From Micropruina sp. (GTDB taxonomy: Bacteria; Actinomycetota; Actinomycetes; Propionibacteriales; Propionibacteriaceae): a DNA stretch of 64,000 nt. How positions within the stretch are numbered: position 1 is the stretch's first letter; every line of letters starts with the position of its first letter. A program made the translations under genes and the position numbers. The stretch is taken from positions 47,168-111,167 of the forward strand of contig JADJTO010000033.1 of NCBI GenBank assembly GCA_016711105.1, given 5' to 3'. Below, one piece after another: positions 1-10,659 of the stretch. Below the pieces are notes generated by a model that did no database searches, was not told where the DNA came from, and saw nothing but the letters and a program-made list of their open reading frames with translations.

Positions 1-2
1 GA

Positions 3-290
3 ATCGACTATGTCGAGTCCGAAGGTGGCACAGCGGCCGAGATCGTCGCCCAGGTGCAGGACGCCGGGGCTCGCATGGTGATCCTGTGCTCTTCAGCCAA
101 GGTGTACGCCGCCCAAGCCAATGATGTGGCGGGGGCGCTCAAGGACGCGGGCATCCCGACCGTGTTCATGGCCGGCCGCCGTTCCGAGGTGGGGGCCGAT
201 GCGCCCAACATCGACGGCGAAATCTTCGACGGGATGGACGTGGTGGCGTTCCTGGACGCCACTCTGGAGCGGTTGGGAGCAGCGAAATGA
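3..290 (+). CDS. mutA: Methylmalonyl-CoA mutase small subunit, C-terminal part (5' truncated by window edge)
   Basis: Open frame from the window edge with ILCSSAKVY...FMAGR...IFDGMDVVAFL (degenerate B12-binding domain); stop overlaps the mutB start (ATGA). Confidence 0.85.
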   Translation: MDYVESEGGTAAEIVAQVQDAGARMVILCSSAKVYAAQANDVAGALKDAGIPTVFMAGRRSEVGADAPNIDGEIFDGMDVVAFLDATLERLGAAK

Positions 291-2486
291 CCACGACGAG
301 TGACTTCCGAGCTTTGCCGAGATCGAACTCGGCCCGGACGCACCGCCGGTCGATTCGGCCGCGCAGTACGAGGCACTGCAGGATGCGCTGCCGAGTGTCA
401 GCCACGGCTGGCAAACTCCCGAGCACATCCTGGTGCCACCTCTGTATGACGCTGAGGCGTATCAGGGGCTCGACTTCCTCAACACTCGTCCGGGTATTCC
501 GCCCTTTCTGCGTGGCCCTTACGCGACGATGTACGTCAACCAGCCGTGGACGGTCCGTCAGTACGCCGGCTTCTCCACCGCCGAGGAATCCAACGCCTTC
601 TACCGGCGCAACCTGGCTGCCGGGCAGAAGGGGCTGAGTATCGCCTTCGACCTGGCCACCCACCGCGGTTATGACTCCGACCATCCCCGGGTGACCGGCG
701 ATGTCGGCATGGCCGGCGTGGCGGTGGACTCGATCCTCGACATGCGGCAACTCTTCGAGGGCATCCCGCTGGATCAGATGTCGGTCTCGATGACCATGAA
801 CGGTGCCGTGTTGCCGATCCTGGCGCTCTATGTGGTGGCGGCCGAAGAGCAAGGTGTCGCTCCCGAACAGTTGGCCGGGACGATTCAGAACGACATCCTC
901 AAAGAGTTCATGGTCCGCAACACCTACATCTACCCGCCGACCCCTCGATGCGGATCATCTCCGACATCTTCGCCTACACCAGCGCCAAGATGCCGAAGTT
1001 CAACTCGATCTCCATCTCCGGCTACCACATGCAAGAGGCGGGGGCGACGGCCGATATCGAGATGGCCTACACGCTTGCCGACGGCATCGAGTACATCCGG
1101 GCCGGTCAGGCGGTCGGCCTCAACGTCGACAAGTTCGCTCCCCGGTTGTCGTTCTTCTGGGCGATCGGGATGAACTTCTTCATGGAGGTCGCCAAGATGC
1201 GGGCGGCGCGCCTGCTCTGGGCCCGGTTGGTCCGCGAATCCGGGGCGAAGAACCCGAAGTCGATGTCGCTGCGCACCCACTCGCAGACGTCCGGCTGGTC
1301 GTTGACTGCCCAGGACGTGTTCAACAACGTGTCGCGCACCTGCCTGGAGGCGATGGCGGCGACCCAGGGGCACACCCAGTCGCTGCACACCAACGCTCTG
1401 GACGAGGCGATTGCGCTCCCCACCGACTTCTCGGCCCGGATCGCCCGCAACACCCAGCTCTTCCTGCAACAAGAGTCGGGCACCTGCCGGGTGGTCGATC
1501 CCTGGGCCGGTTCGGCCTACGTGGAGCGGCTCACCTACGAGCTGGCGCGCAAGGCCTGGAGTCACATCCAGGAGGTGGAAGCAGCCGGTGGCATGGCCAA
1601 GGCGATCGAGGCCGGCATTCCGAAGATGCGGATCGAAGAGGCCGCAGCGCGGACGCAGGCCCGGATCGACTCGGGTCGGCAGCCGCTGATCGGGGTCAAT
1701 AAGTATCAGGTCGAGGATGACCGCGCCCCCGAGGTGCTCAAGGTCGACAACGCCTCGGTGCGCGAACAGCAACTGGCCAAACTGGCCAAGCTGCGGGCCG
1801 AGCGCGATGGCGCTGTCACCGCGGCGGCGTTGGAGAAGCTGACCTGGGCGGCGGCCAACCCTGATCCCACGGATCCGGAGCGCAACCTGCTGCACCTGGC
1901 CATCGACGCGGCCCGCAAGTCGGCCTCCGTCGGCGAGATCTCGGACGCCCTGGAGTTGGTCTACGGGCGTTACACCGCGCAAATCCGTACCATCAGTGGT
2001 GTGTACCGCAGCGAAACTGGCAGCACCGCGGGGGTCGAGCGGACCCGCAAGTTGGTCGAGGAGTTCGAGGCCGCTGAGGGTCGTCGTCCGCGCATCCTGG
2101 TCGCCAAGATGGGTCAGGACGGTCACGACCGCGGCCAGAAGGTCATCTCCACCGCGTTCGCCGACCTGGGCTTTGATGTCGACGTCGGCCCGCTGTTCCA
2201 GACGCCCGGTGAGGTCGCCCGCCAGGCGATCGAAGCCGACGTGCACGTCGTGGGGGTCTCCTCGCTGGCGGCCGGCCACCTGACGCTCGTGCCGGCGTTG
2301 CGCACCGAGCTCGATACGCGAGGGCGTCCGGACATGATGATCGTGGTCGGCGGGGTGATTCCGGCGCAGGACTTCGAGGAGTTGCGCGCTGCCGGTGCCG
2401 ATGCGATCTACCCGCCCGGCACGGTCATCCCCGATGCGGCCGTGGAACTTCTGACCAAGCTGCGCCTGCGGCTCGACGAGGCATGA
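287..2486 (+). CDS. mutB: Methylmalonyl-CoA mutase large (catalytic, B12-binding) subunit; two frame breaks (~303, ~945)
   Basis: [58 protein letters not shown] spread over ORFs 287-637, 433-1173 and 948-2486. Confidence 0.95.
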
Positions 2487-2505
2487 GCCTGGGCAGGCGC
2501 TCGGC

Positions 2506-3512
2506 ATGAGGCGGCTGGCTCCCCAGGAGTTGGCCGACCACGTGCTGGCCGGCTCCCGGCCGCACATCGCCCGGGCGATCACGCTGCTGGAATCCAGCCA
2601 TGCCGCTCACCGGGCTCAGGCGGGGGAGTTGCTGCGTCTGCTTCGGCCATCGTCGGGACAAGCCGTCCGGGTCGGCATTTCGGGTGTTCCCGGTGCCGGC
2701 AAATCGACGTTCATCGACGCGCTCGGCATTCGGCTGATCAAGCGGGGTCACCGAGTGGCGGTGCTGGCGGTGGATCCTTCGTCCTCGCGGACTGGAGGCT
2801 CGATCCTCGGCGACCGCACCCGGATGGGGGAGTTGGCGGCCTCGGAAGCGGCCTTCGTCCGGCCCTCACCCAGTGGCGGTCATCTCGGTGGTGTCGCCCG
2901 GGCAACCCGGGAGGCGATGATCGTCCTGGAGGCGGCCGGATACGACGTGGTGCTGGTGGAGACGGTCGGGGTCGGCCAATCTGAGGTCGCGGTGGCCGGC
3001 ATGGTCGACACTTTCCTGCTGATCACCCTGGCCAGGGCCGGGGATCAGCTGCAGGGGATCAAGCGCGGCATCTTGGAGATGGCTGACGTGATCACCGTGA
3101 ACAAGGCCGACGGCGATCATGAGGGTGAGGCTCGGATCGCGGCGCGCGAGTTGGTGATCGCGATGAAGTTGATCAGTTCCGATCCGCACGCCCGCCGCCC
3201 CCGGTGCTGACCAGTTCGGCGCTCACCGGCAAGGGCCTGGACGAGGTGTGGCAGGCCGTCCTGGATCATCGCGCCGAGCTGGAGTCGACCCACGGGCTGG
3301 AGGCCCGACGGGCCGGCCAGCAGCTGGAATGGCTCTGGTCGTTGGTCAACGGCGAGGTTCTGGACGCGGTCAAGCGCTCACCCCGGGTGAAAGCGTTGCG
3401 CAAGGTTGTCGAGGCCGAGATCGGCGCTGGGGACTTGTCGGCGCTGGAGGGTGCCGAGCAACTGGTGAAGGCCTTCGTGGAGGACGTCCCCTCTCTGTGG
3501 AGCGAGACGTAG
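2506..3512 (+). CDS. meaB: MeaB/ArgK GTPase chaperone of the mutase; frame break in C-run ~3200
   Basis: [30 protein letters not shown]; C-terminus continues in ORF 3204-3512. Confidence 0.93.
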
Positions 3513-3514
3513 CA

Positions 3515-3556
3515 CCCAACGCCACCGGTTCGCCCAACACCACCGGTTCGCCCGAC
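3515..3556. repeat. 18-bp tandem repeat CCCAAC(G/A)CCACCGGTTCG x2 plus partial copy
   Basis: Read directly at 3515-3532 and 3533-3550. Confidence 0.8.
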
Positions 3557-3571
3557 GGTTAGGATCGCCGG

Positions 3572-4587
3572 ATGGCTAGGCCGTTTGCTGAGCAGGGTGT
3601 CAGGACTCAGATCGCCCACTGGCGTGCCTGCGCGCTGGCCGCTCTCCAGGCGTGGCCGATCCAGGTCGAGTCGGTGCGCCTGCTGCTGCATGGCTACAAC
3701 ACCAGCTTCGCGGTGCGGGCCACCGACGGCAGCCGGTACGCGTTGCGCCTGAATGTCAACGACCACAAGACGATCCCGCATCTGCGGGCGGAGATGGCGT
3801 GGCTGGCGGCGCTGGCCGAGGAGACGGACCTGTCCCTTCCTGCACCACAGCTGACCCGTGCTGGGAGCTGTTCGCCGTCGTGCCAGACGTCCAACTGGGC
3901 CGCGAGTTGCCCGCGGCACTGTTCGCCTGGTTGCCGGGCCCCAATCTCGGATGGTCGCCCAGACCAGATCAGGTGCGAGCCCTCGGGCGGGCGATGGCGA
4001 CGCTGCATGACCACTCTGCGGGCTGGCGGCTACCTGAGGGCTGCGACCTCCCGAGCATCGACACCGTCCTGATGAACGTCCCGCACCGGATGCACACCGA
4101 TCACCCCCTCCTGACCGACGAACGCCGTCCAGTGCTGGTGGCGGCCTTCGATCAGGTGCAGAGGCACTACCACGCGTTCTTCGCCGATGCCCCGCGACAG
4201 GTGCTGCACGCCGATCTGCACGGTGGCAATGCGAAATGGCATCGCGGACGCCTGTCCGTCTTCGATTTCGACGATGCCGGGATCGGGGTGCCGCTGCAGG
4301 ATCTCGCCATCTCGGCCTACTACCTGCGAGACCGGATCGATCTGGAAGCCGAACTGTTGGCCGGCTATGCCGAGGTGCGGCCGTTGCCGACCTTCAGCGC
4401 CGAGCAGTACGAGGCCGTGGTGGCCAGTCGGAACCTGGTGCTGGTCAACGACACGATAGGCAGCAGCCACGCCGGCGTCCGGGACGGGGCCGAACTGTAC
4501 GTGGCCAACAGCGTCGTCAAGCTCCGCAAATACCTCCAGACCGGTCGTTTCGCACATGATGCGGACGGCGTTCTGCCCGCCCGCTGA
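3572..4587 (+). CDS. APH/homoserine kinase type II-like phosphotransferase; frame break ~3865
   Basis: YALRL, EMAWLAALA, LHADLHGGN, VFDFDD kinase motifs; TAGGAT -10 six nt before the ATG. Confidence 0.85.
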
Positions 4588-4978
4588 GCTGCTGATGGGG
4601 GCGCCTCCGGGGCTTCTGGGGGGGCTGTTCTGGGGCAGTTTCGGGGCGACGAGCAGCGGGTCTTCGGACGACTCATCGCCTAGCGTTGCTCGGTGGAATC
4701 AGTGCCAGGTCGAGCCGTTTTGCACCAATTGCACACTCAGAGGGCTGCGCAGCGTCGGAACCGGTTGTTTGGGGCGCAGTTGAACGACATCACTCCCCGT
4801 TGCCGAGGCCGAACTTTTCGCCACATCCGTCACATCCGTCACACAACGATTACAACTCGATATCACCCTCGCTCGCGGTCGATTCTGGGTGCAGTCCGGA
4901 GCAAAGTGAGGGCTAGTGTGAGAAGGGAGCGGACCCGACGAGGGGTTCGGTTGTCCACATTGCCTAGGAGGCAGTTTC

Positions 4979-6064
4979 GTGAAGAAGTCCCTGATCGCGC
5001 CCCCGATGTTCGGCGCTTTCGCCCTCGCTCTCGGTGGTTGCGCCACGCCGCCCGCCGCCACGACCGCAGCGCCGGCCGCGAGCACCTCGACGGTCCCCGT
5101 GTCCGACTTCAAGGCCTGCATGGTGTCCGACGCCGGTGGCTTCGATGACAAGTCGTTCAACGAGACGTCGTACGCGGGCCTCACCAAGGCCAAGACTGAG
5201 CTCGGCGTCCAGAGCGCTGAGGTGCAGTCCAAGAACGACGCCGACTACGCGCGTAACGTTCAGGCGATGGTCGACGCCAAGTGCAACATCATCGTCACCG
5301 TGGGATTCAAGCTGGGGGATGCGACCCAAGCGGCCGCCAAGAAGAACCCTGAGATCAAGTTCGCCATCGTCGACTACGCCTACGACAAGCCCCAGGCGAA
5401 CCTCAAGGGCCTGGTGTTCAACACCAGCGAGCCCTCCTTCCTGGCCGGCTACCTGGCCGCCTCGTTGACCAAGACCGGCAAGGTCGGCACCTTCGGCGGC
5501 ATGAACATTCCGACCGTGACGTCCTTCATGGACGGCTACGCCCGCGGCGTTGCCCAGTACAACACGGCCAAGGGCAAGTCGGTGGCTGTCCTCGGCTGGA
5601 GTTCGGCCAAGAAGGACGGCTCGTTCGTCGCGGCCGGCCCCGAGGGCTTCGGCGATGTGGCGGGTGGCAAGAAGCTTGCCGCGGGGCTGATGGCCCAGGG
5701 CGCCGACGTCCTGCTGCCGGTCGCGGGTCCCTCCGGTGAAGGCGCCCTCCAAGCGGCTCAGGCCAGCGGTGGCAAGGTCGCCTCGATGTGGGTCGACACC
5801 GACGGTTGCGTCAGCGCGTCCAAGTACTGCGCCGTGATTCCCAGCTCGGTCGGCAAGGCCATGGACGTGGCTGTGTTCGAGGCGATCAAGGCGGCCAAGG
5901 ACGGCACGTTCAACAACGACGTGTTCGTGGGCACCCTGGCCAACAGCGGCGCGTACCTCGCACCGTTCAACCAGTGGGATTCCAAGGTGTCGGCCGAGAC
6001 CAAGGCCGAACTGGAGAAGATCAAGGCCGACATCATCGCCGGCACGATCAAGACGACTGCCTGA
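4979..6064 (+). CDS. BMP-family nucleoside ABC transporter substrate-binding lipoprotein
   Basis: Lipobox LGGC; VSDAGGFDDKSFNE, FLAGYLAA, WVDTDG; RBS AGGAGG. Confidence 0.93.
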   Translation: MKKSLIAPPMFGAFALALGGCATPPAATTAAPAASTSTVPVSDFKACMVSDAGGFDDKSFNETSYAGLTKAKTELGVQSAEVQSKNDADYARNVQAMVDAKCNIIVTVGFKLGDATQAAAKKNPEIKFAIVDYAYDKPQANLKGLVFNTSEPSFLAGYLAASLTKTGKVGTFGGMNIPTVTSFMDGYARGVAQYNTAKGKSVAVLGWSSAKKDGSFVAAGPEGFGDVAGGKKLAAGLMAQGADVLLPVAGPSGEGALQAAQASGGKVASMWVDTDGCVSASKYCAVIPSSVGKAMDVAVFEAIKAAKDGTFNNDVFVGTLANSGAYLAPFNQWDSKVSAETKAELEKIKADIIAGTIKTTA

Positions 6065-6076
6065 TAGTTGGTCACA

Positions 6077-6110
6077 ACGGGAAGGGAGGCCCTCGGGCCT
6101 CCCTTCCCGT
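6077..6110 (+). terminator. GC-rich hairpin after the BMP gene (terminator or mRNA stabiliser)
   Basis: Perfect 16-bp inverted repeat ACGGGAAGGGAGGCCC-TC-GGGCCTCCCTTCCCGT. Confidence 0.8.
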
Positions 6111-6198
6111 GCTCCCGGCCCCGGGGCGTTGAGGGTGCTGTGTTGCCCCTACCCTGAGGCTTTTCTCCGTTCCATCGTGTTGTGGGAGGATCGCGGCT

Positions 6199-7761
6199 GT
6201 GTCAGCGCAGACCACTGGCCTTCAGTTGAAGGCGATCACCAAGAAGTTCGGCTCCTTCGTCGCTAACGACGCCGTCGATCTGGACGTCCGTCCCGGCGAG
6301 ATCCACTGCCTGTTGGGCGAGAACGGTGCCGGCAAGTCGACTCTGATGAACGTCCTCTACGGGCTCTACCAGCCTGATGGTGGCGAGATCACCATCGACG
6401 GCAGCCGCCAGCATTTCGCCAACCCGAAGCAGGCGATGGCGGCCGGGATCGGCATGGTCCACCAGCACTTCATGTTGGTCGACGTGTTCACCGTCGCTGA
6501 GAACATGATCCTGGGTCGCGAGCCCGGCCTGGTCGTCGACATGAAGGCGGCCCGAACCCGGGTGCAGGAACTCTCTGCGCGCTACAACCTGCCGGTCGAT
6601 CCCGATGCCACGATCGAAGCACTCCCCGTGGGCATCCAGCAACGGGTCGAGATCCTCAAGGCGTTGGCCAATGACGCCAAGTTCCTGATCTTCGACGAGC
6701 CCACGGCCGTCCTCACGCCGCAGGAGATCGACGAACTGATGATCGTCATGCAGAAGCTGCGCGACGAAGGCAAGGGCATCGTCTTCATCACACACAAGCT
6801 GCGAGAGGTGCGTGCCATCGCCGACCGGATCACCGTCCTGCGTCGCGGCAAGATCGTCGGCTCTGCTGAACCGGGGGCCTCCGAGGCCGAGTTGGCCGAG
6901 TTGATGGTGGGACGGGCGGTCGACCTCTCGGTGGACAAAGCGCCGGCCAGGGTCGGGGAAGTTCGGCTCCGGGTTGCGGACCTGAGCGTGGCCAACCCGA
7001 TCGGCGCGGTGGTCGTCGATTCGATCTCCTTCGACGTGGCTGGCGGCGAGATCCTGTGCATCGCCGGCGTCCAGGGGAACGGCCAGTCCGAGTTGGCGGA
7101 CGCGCTGCTCGGGAACACCCCCGTGGTCTCCGGCTCGATCAACCTCGACGGCGCTGACATCACCCACGCCAAGCCCCGGGAGACGATTCTGGCCGGGGTG
7201 GGTTTCGTGCCCGAGGACCGGCAACACGACGGCTTCATCGGCTCGTTCACGATCGCCGAAAACCTGGTGCTGAACCGGTTCGACCGACCCCCGTTCGCCA
7301 AGGGCCTCTCCCTGGACCTTGCTGCCATCCACGCCAACGCCGAGCAGCTGCGCGACGAGTTCGACATCCGCACCCCCGATGTCACCAACAGGGGTTCGTC
7401 ACTCTCGGGCGGCAACGCGCAGAAAGTGGTGCTGGCCCGCGAACTGAGCCGGGAGCTGAGCCTGCTGATTGCGAGCCAACCCACCCGTGGAGTGTACGTG
7501 GGAGCGATCGAGTTCCTGCACAAACGGATCGTCGAGGAACGTGACAAGGGCACAGCGGTGATCCTCGTCTCCACCGAACTGGAGGAGGTCGAAGCGCTGG
7601 CCGACCGGGTGCTGGTGATGTACCGCGGCAAGGTCGTCGGCATCGTTGCCTCCGATACGCCGCGCGACGTGATGGGCCTGATGATGGCAGGCATTCCTTA
7701 CGCCGAAGCCCTAGCTGTCAGCCAGGCCGATGACGCCAGCGCTGGGAAGGATCACTCATGA
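6199..7761 (+). CDS. Nucleoside/sugar (CUT2) ABC ATPase, two NBDs
   Basis: GENGAGKST, IFDEPT, LSGGNAQK, QPTRG. Confidence 0.95.
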   Translation: MSAQTTGLQLKAITKKFGSFVANDAVDLDVRPGEIHCLLGENGAGKSTLMNVLYGLYQPDGGEITIDGSRQHFANPKQAMAAGIGMVHQHFMLVDVFTVAENMILGREPGLVVDMKAARTRVQELSARYNLPVDPDATIEALPVGIQQRVEILKALANDAKFLIFDEPTAVLTPQEIDELMIVMQKLRDEGKGIVFITHKLREVRAIADRITVLRRGKIVGSAEPGASEAELAELMVGRAVDLSVDKAPARVGEVRLRVADLSVANPIGAVVVDSISFDVAGGEILCIAGVQGNGQSELADALLGNTPVVSGSINLDGADITHAKPRETILAGVGFVPEDRQHDGFIGSFTIAENLVLNRFDRPPFAKGLSLDLAAIHANAEQLRDEFDIRTPDVTNRGSSLSGGNAQKVVLARELSRELSLLIASQPTRGVYVGAIEFLHKRIVEERDKGTAVILVSTELEEVEALADRVLVMYRGKVVGIVASDTPRDVMGLMMAGIPYAEALAVSQADDASAGKDHS

Positions 7762-8942
7762 CCAACCACACAGTGTCGCCGCGTCCGACGTTCGCCGGAT
7801 ACCTCGCAACCCGCTGGCGGGATTGGTCGGTCACCGCGTCCGCGGTCGTCCTGGCCCTGGTCGTCGGGGCGGTCGTGATGATCGTTGCGGACGCCGAAGT
7901 GGCCGCCAACTTCGCCTACCTGTTCACGGCCCCCGGACTTGCGCTCGGTTCGGCCTGGGCGAAGGTCTCCACCGCGTACTCCGCCCTGCTGCTGGGGGCG
8001 GTCGGCTCTCCGCTGGCGCTGGCCCAAACGACCGCCGCCGCCGCGCCTCTGATCTGCGCCGGCCTGGCGGTGGGGCTCGCCTTCCGAGCCGGCCTGTTCA
8101 ACATCGGCGCCCAGGGGCAAGCCATTTGGGGCTCGATCCTGGCCGCCTACGTGGGTTTCGCGGTCCAGTTGCCACCCGTGATCCACCTGATCGTCGCCGT
8201 CGCCGCGGGCGTTCTGGGCGGGGCGGTGTGGGGCGGAATCGTCGGCTGGCTGAAGGCCAAGACCGGCGCTCACGAGGTGATCGTCACCATCATGATGAAC
8301 TACGTCGCGAACGGACTGCTGGCGTGGCTGCTCAGCACGGCCCTCTTCATGCGTCCGGGGCGCCAGGATCCGATCTCGCCGGAGGTGCATCCGACCGCCG
8401 CCTTCCCGGTGATTCTCGGTCAGCTGCACGTCGGGTTCTTCGTGGCGCTGGCCGCCGCCGGTGCGGTCTGGTGGCTGCTCGATCGTTCCACCATCGGGTT
8501 CGCCATTCGCGCCGTCGGTGCCAACCCGAACGCGGCCAGCACCTCCGGCATGAGCGCCGCGCGGACCACCATCATCACGATGACGATCGCGGGTGCCTTG
8601 GCCGGACTGGCCGGCGCTCAATCGGCGCTCGGCGCGTCCGCTACCGGGACCCCGGTGCCGCTGACCGTCGGGTTGGTCGGCACCGTGGGCTTTGATGCGA
8701 TCACGGTCGCTCTGCTCGGTCGTTCGAAACCGCTGGGCATCGTGATGGCCGGTTTGCTCTTCGGCGGGCTCAGCGCCGGCGGGTTGGCCATGCAGAGCAT
8801 CGCCCAAACGCCCCTCACCCTGACCATGCTGCTCCAGGCGCTGATCGTGCTGTTCGTGGCGGCGCCGCAGTTGGTCAGCACCCTGGTCCCGATTCTCAAA
8901 GCCCGCACCAGCCGGGTCGCCGTGGCAGGAGGTCAGGCATGA
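7758..8942 (+). CDS. Nucleoside ABC permease 1
   Basis: GLFNIGAQGQ, HEVIVTIMMNY, GFDAITVALLG; hydrophobic helices. Confidence 0.93.
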   Translation: MTNHTVSPRPTFAGYLATRWRDWSVTASAVVLALVVGAVVMIVADAEVAANFAYLFTAPGLALGSAWAKVSTAYSALLLGAVGSPLALAQTTAAAAPLICAGLAVGLAFRAGLFNIGAQGQAIWGSILAAYVGFAVQLPPVIHLIVAVAAGVLGGAVWGGIVGWLKAKTGAHEVIVTIMMNYVANGLLAWLLSTALFMRPGRQDPISPEVHPTAAFPVILGQLHVGFFVALAAAGAVWWLLDRSTIGFAIRAVGANPNAASTSGMSAARTTIITMTIAGALAGLAGAQSALGASATGTPVPLTVGLVGTVGFDAITVALLGRSKPLGIVMAGLLFGGLSAGGLAMQSIAQTPLTLTMLLQALIVLFVAAPQLVSTLVPILKARTSRVAVAGGQA

Positions 8943-10232
8943 GCACCGCGACAGCCAAGACCGAGAGTCAACAGTTGACCTTCGACTTCCGCGAATCGGC
9001 GGACGGGCGTCGTGCCCGACTCGCGATCGGCTCGCTCCTGATGGTCGCCGCGGCACTATTGGGGTTCCTCACGCTCAGCGCCAACGGGATCGCCGACTTC
9101 GCCCTCTCGGATGCTTTCGCGGCGGTGCAGCTGCCGACGATCAGCTTCCCCGGCGTCCCTGTGGTGGCCACCTCAGCGTTCCTGTGCCTGCTGGCGGGGG
9201 CCGGGTTCCTGTCGGGCAAGCTGACCAAGAAGCAGCCCACCATCGCCGGGACGGTCGCCGGCCTCGCCTTCGTGACCGGCTTCCTGGCCTGGGCCGCGGC
9301 TGGCAGCGAGCTGCCGTTCCCGGTCAGCAACCAGCTCGCTGGCACCATCGCCACGGCGACTCCGCTGATCCTGGGTGCCCTGGCCGGGGTGATCGGGGAG
9401 CGGGCCGGAGTGGTCAACGTGGCCATCGAAGGCCAGTTCCTGACCGGGGCGTTCGCCGCTGCGCTCGTCGGATCGGTGACGAAGTCGATTTCGGCCGCCC
9501 TCTTCGCGGCCGTGTTGGCCGGGGTGGCGCCGGCTGCGGTGCTCGGCCTGTTCGCGATCAAGTACCTGGTCGACCAGGTGGTGCTGGGCGTGGTGATCAA
9601 TCTGCTGGCCTCCGGCCTGACCGGCTTCCTGTTCGATCAGTTGGTGCAACCCAACTCCGGCGACCTGAACTCTGGACCGTTGCTGGAAACTATCCCGATC
9701 CCGTTGTTGGCCGACATTCCGCTGGCCGGCCCGATCTTCTTCAATCAGACGATCCTGGTCTATCTCGCGGTGTTGTCGATCGGCCTGGTCTGGTTCCTGC
9801 TCTTCCGCACGCGCTGGGGACTACGCGTCCGCGCCGTCGGAGAGCATCCCCAAGGCGGCCGACACGGTCGGTATCTCGGTCACGGCCGTGCGCTGGCAGG
9901 CTGTTCTGGTGGCCGGTGTCTTCGCCGGCCTGGGCGGCGCCTTCTTCACCGTCGGCTCCACCGGTTCCTTCGCCAAGGACATCACCGTCGGCAACGGCTT
10001 CATCGCCCTGGCCGCCCTGATCATGGGCCGCTGGCATCCGGTGATGGCGGCGGTGATGGCCCTGTTCTTCGGCTTCGTGATGCAGATGGCCTCCCAGTTG
10101 CAGACGCTCTCCACCCCGGTGCCCAGCCAGTTCCTGCTGATCCTGCCCTACATCGCCACCATCGTGGCCGTGGCCGGCCTGATCGGACGCACCCGAGCGC
10201 CGGCGGCCGACGGCATTCCCTATGTCAAGTGA
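8939..10232 (+). CDS. Nucleoside ABC permease 2; frame break in C-run ~9850
   Basis: ERAGVVNVAIEG, RAVGEHP, GFIALAALIMGRW, APAADGIPY. Confidence 0.9.
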
Positions 10233-10659
10233 CGTTGACTGGGACGCTCTGAGGGCCCGCGCCCGGGAGGTCTCGCACCGCGCCTACGCCCCGTACAGCC
10301 GGTTTCCGGTAGGGGCCGCCGCCCTGGTCGATGACGGACGCGTGGTGGTCGGCTGCAACGTGGAGAACGCCGCCTACGGGGTGACGCTCTGCGCCGAATG
10401 TGGCCTGGTCAGCGAGCTGATCGCCGGCGGGGGAGGGCGATTGGTCGCCTTCGCCTGCGTGAACAGCCACGGGGATTCGCTGCTGCCGTGCGGGCGTTGT
10501 CGGCAACTGCTGTGGGAACACGGTGGCCCCGACCTGATTCTCGACACTCCACTCGGATTGCGCCCGCTCTCCGAGTTGCTCCCGCAGGCCTTCGGGGCGA
10601 CCGAACTCGTCCAGGGAACCCTTCCCAGCACCAACCGATCACAAGAGAGCGACCAATGA
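10222..10659 (+). CDS. cdd: Cytidine deaminase (homotetrameric type)
   Basis: AYAPYSRFPVGAA, GCNVENAAY, LCAE, PCGRCRQ. Confidence 0.95.
   Translation: MSSDVDWDALRARAREVSHRAYAPYSRFPVGAAALVDDGRVVVGCNVENAAYGVTLCAECGLVSELIAGGGGRLVAFACVNSHGDSLLPCGRCRQLLWEHGGPDLILDTPLGLRPLSELLPQAFGATELVQGTLPSTNRSQESDQ

Noticed and set aside
940-950. Programmed frameshifting in mutB, meaB, purK, add or punA
   Set aside because: No slippery heptamer or stimulatory structure seen; breaks sit in short homopolymers across many unrelated genes, as expected for sequencing error.
930-2582. Long antisense ORFs (e.g. 930-2582, 19835-21235, 57488-59320) opposite mutB, lpdA and ahcY
   Set aside because: Expected shadows of high-GC3 codon usage; no recognisable motifs.
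4597-4646. G-run cluster as a possible G-quadruplex
   Set aside because: Such runs are common at this GC content; no supporting evidence.
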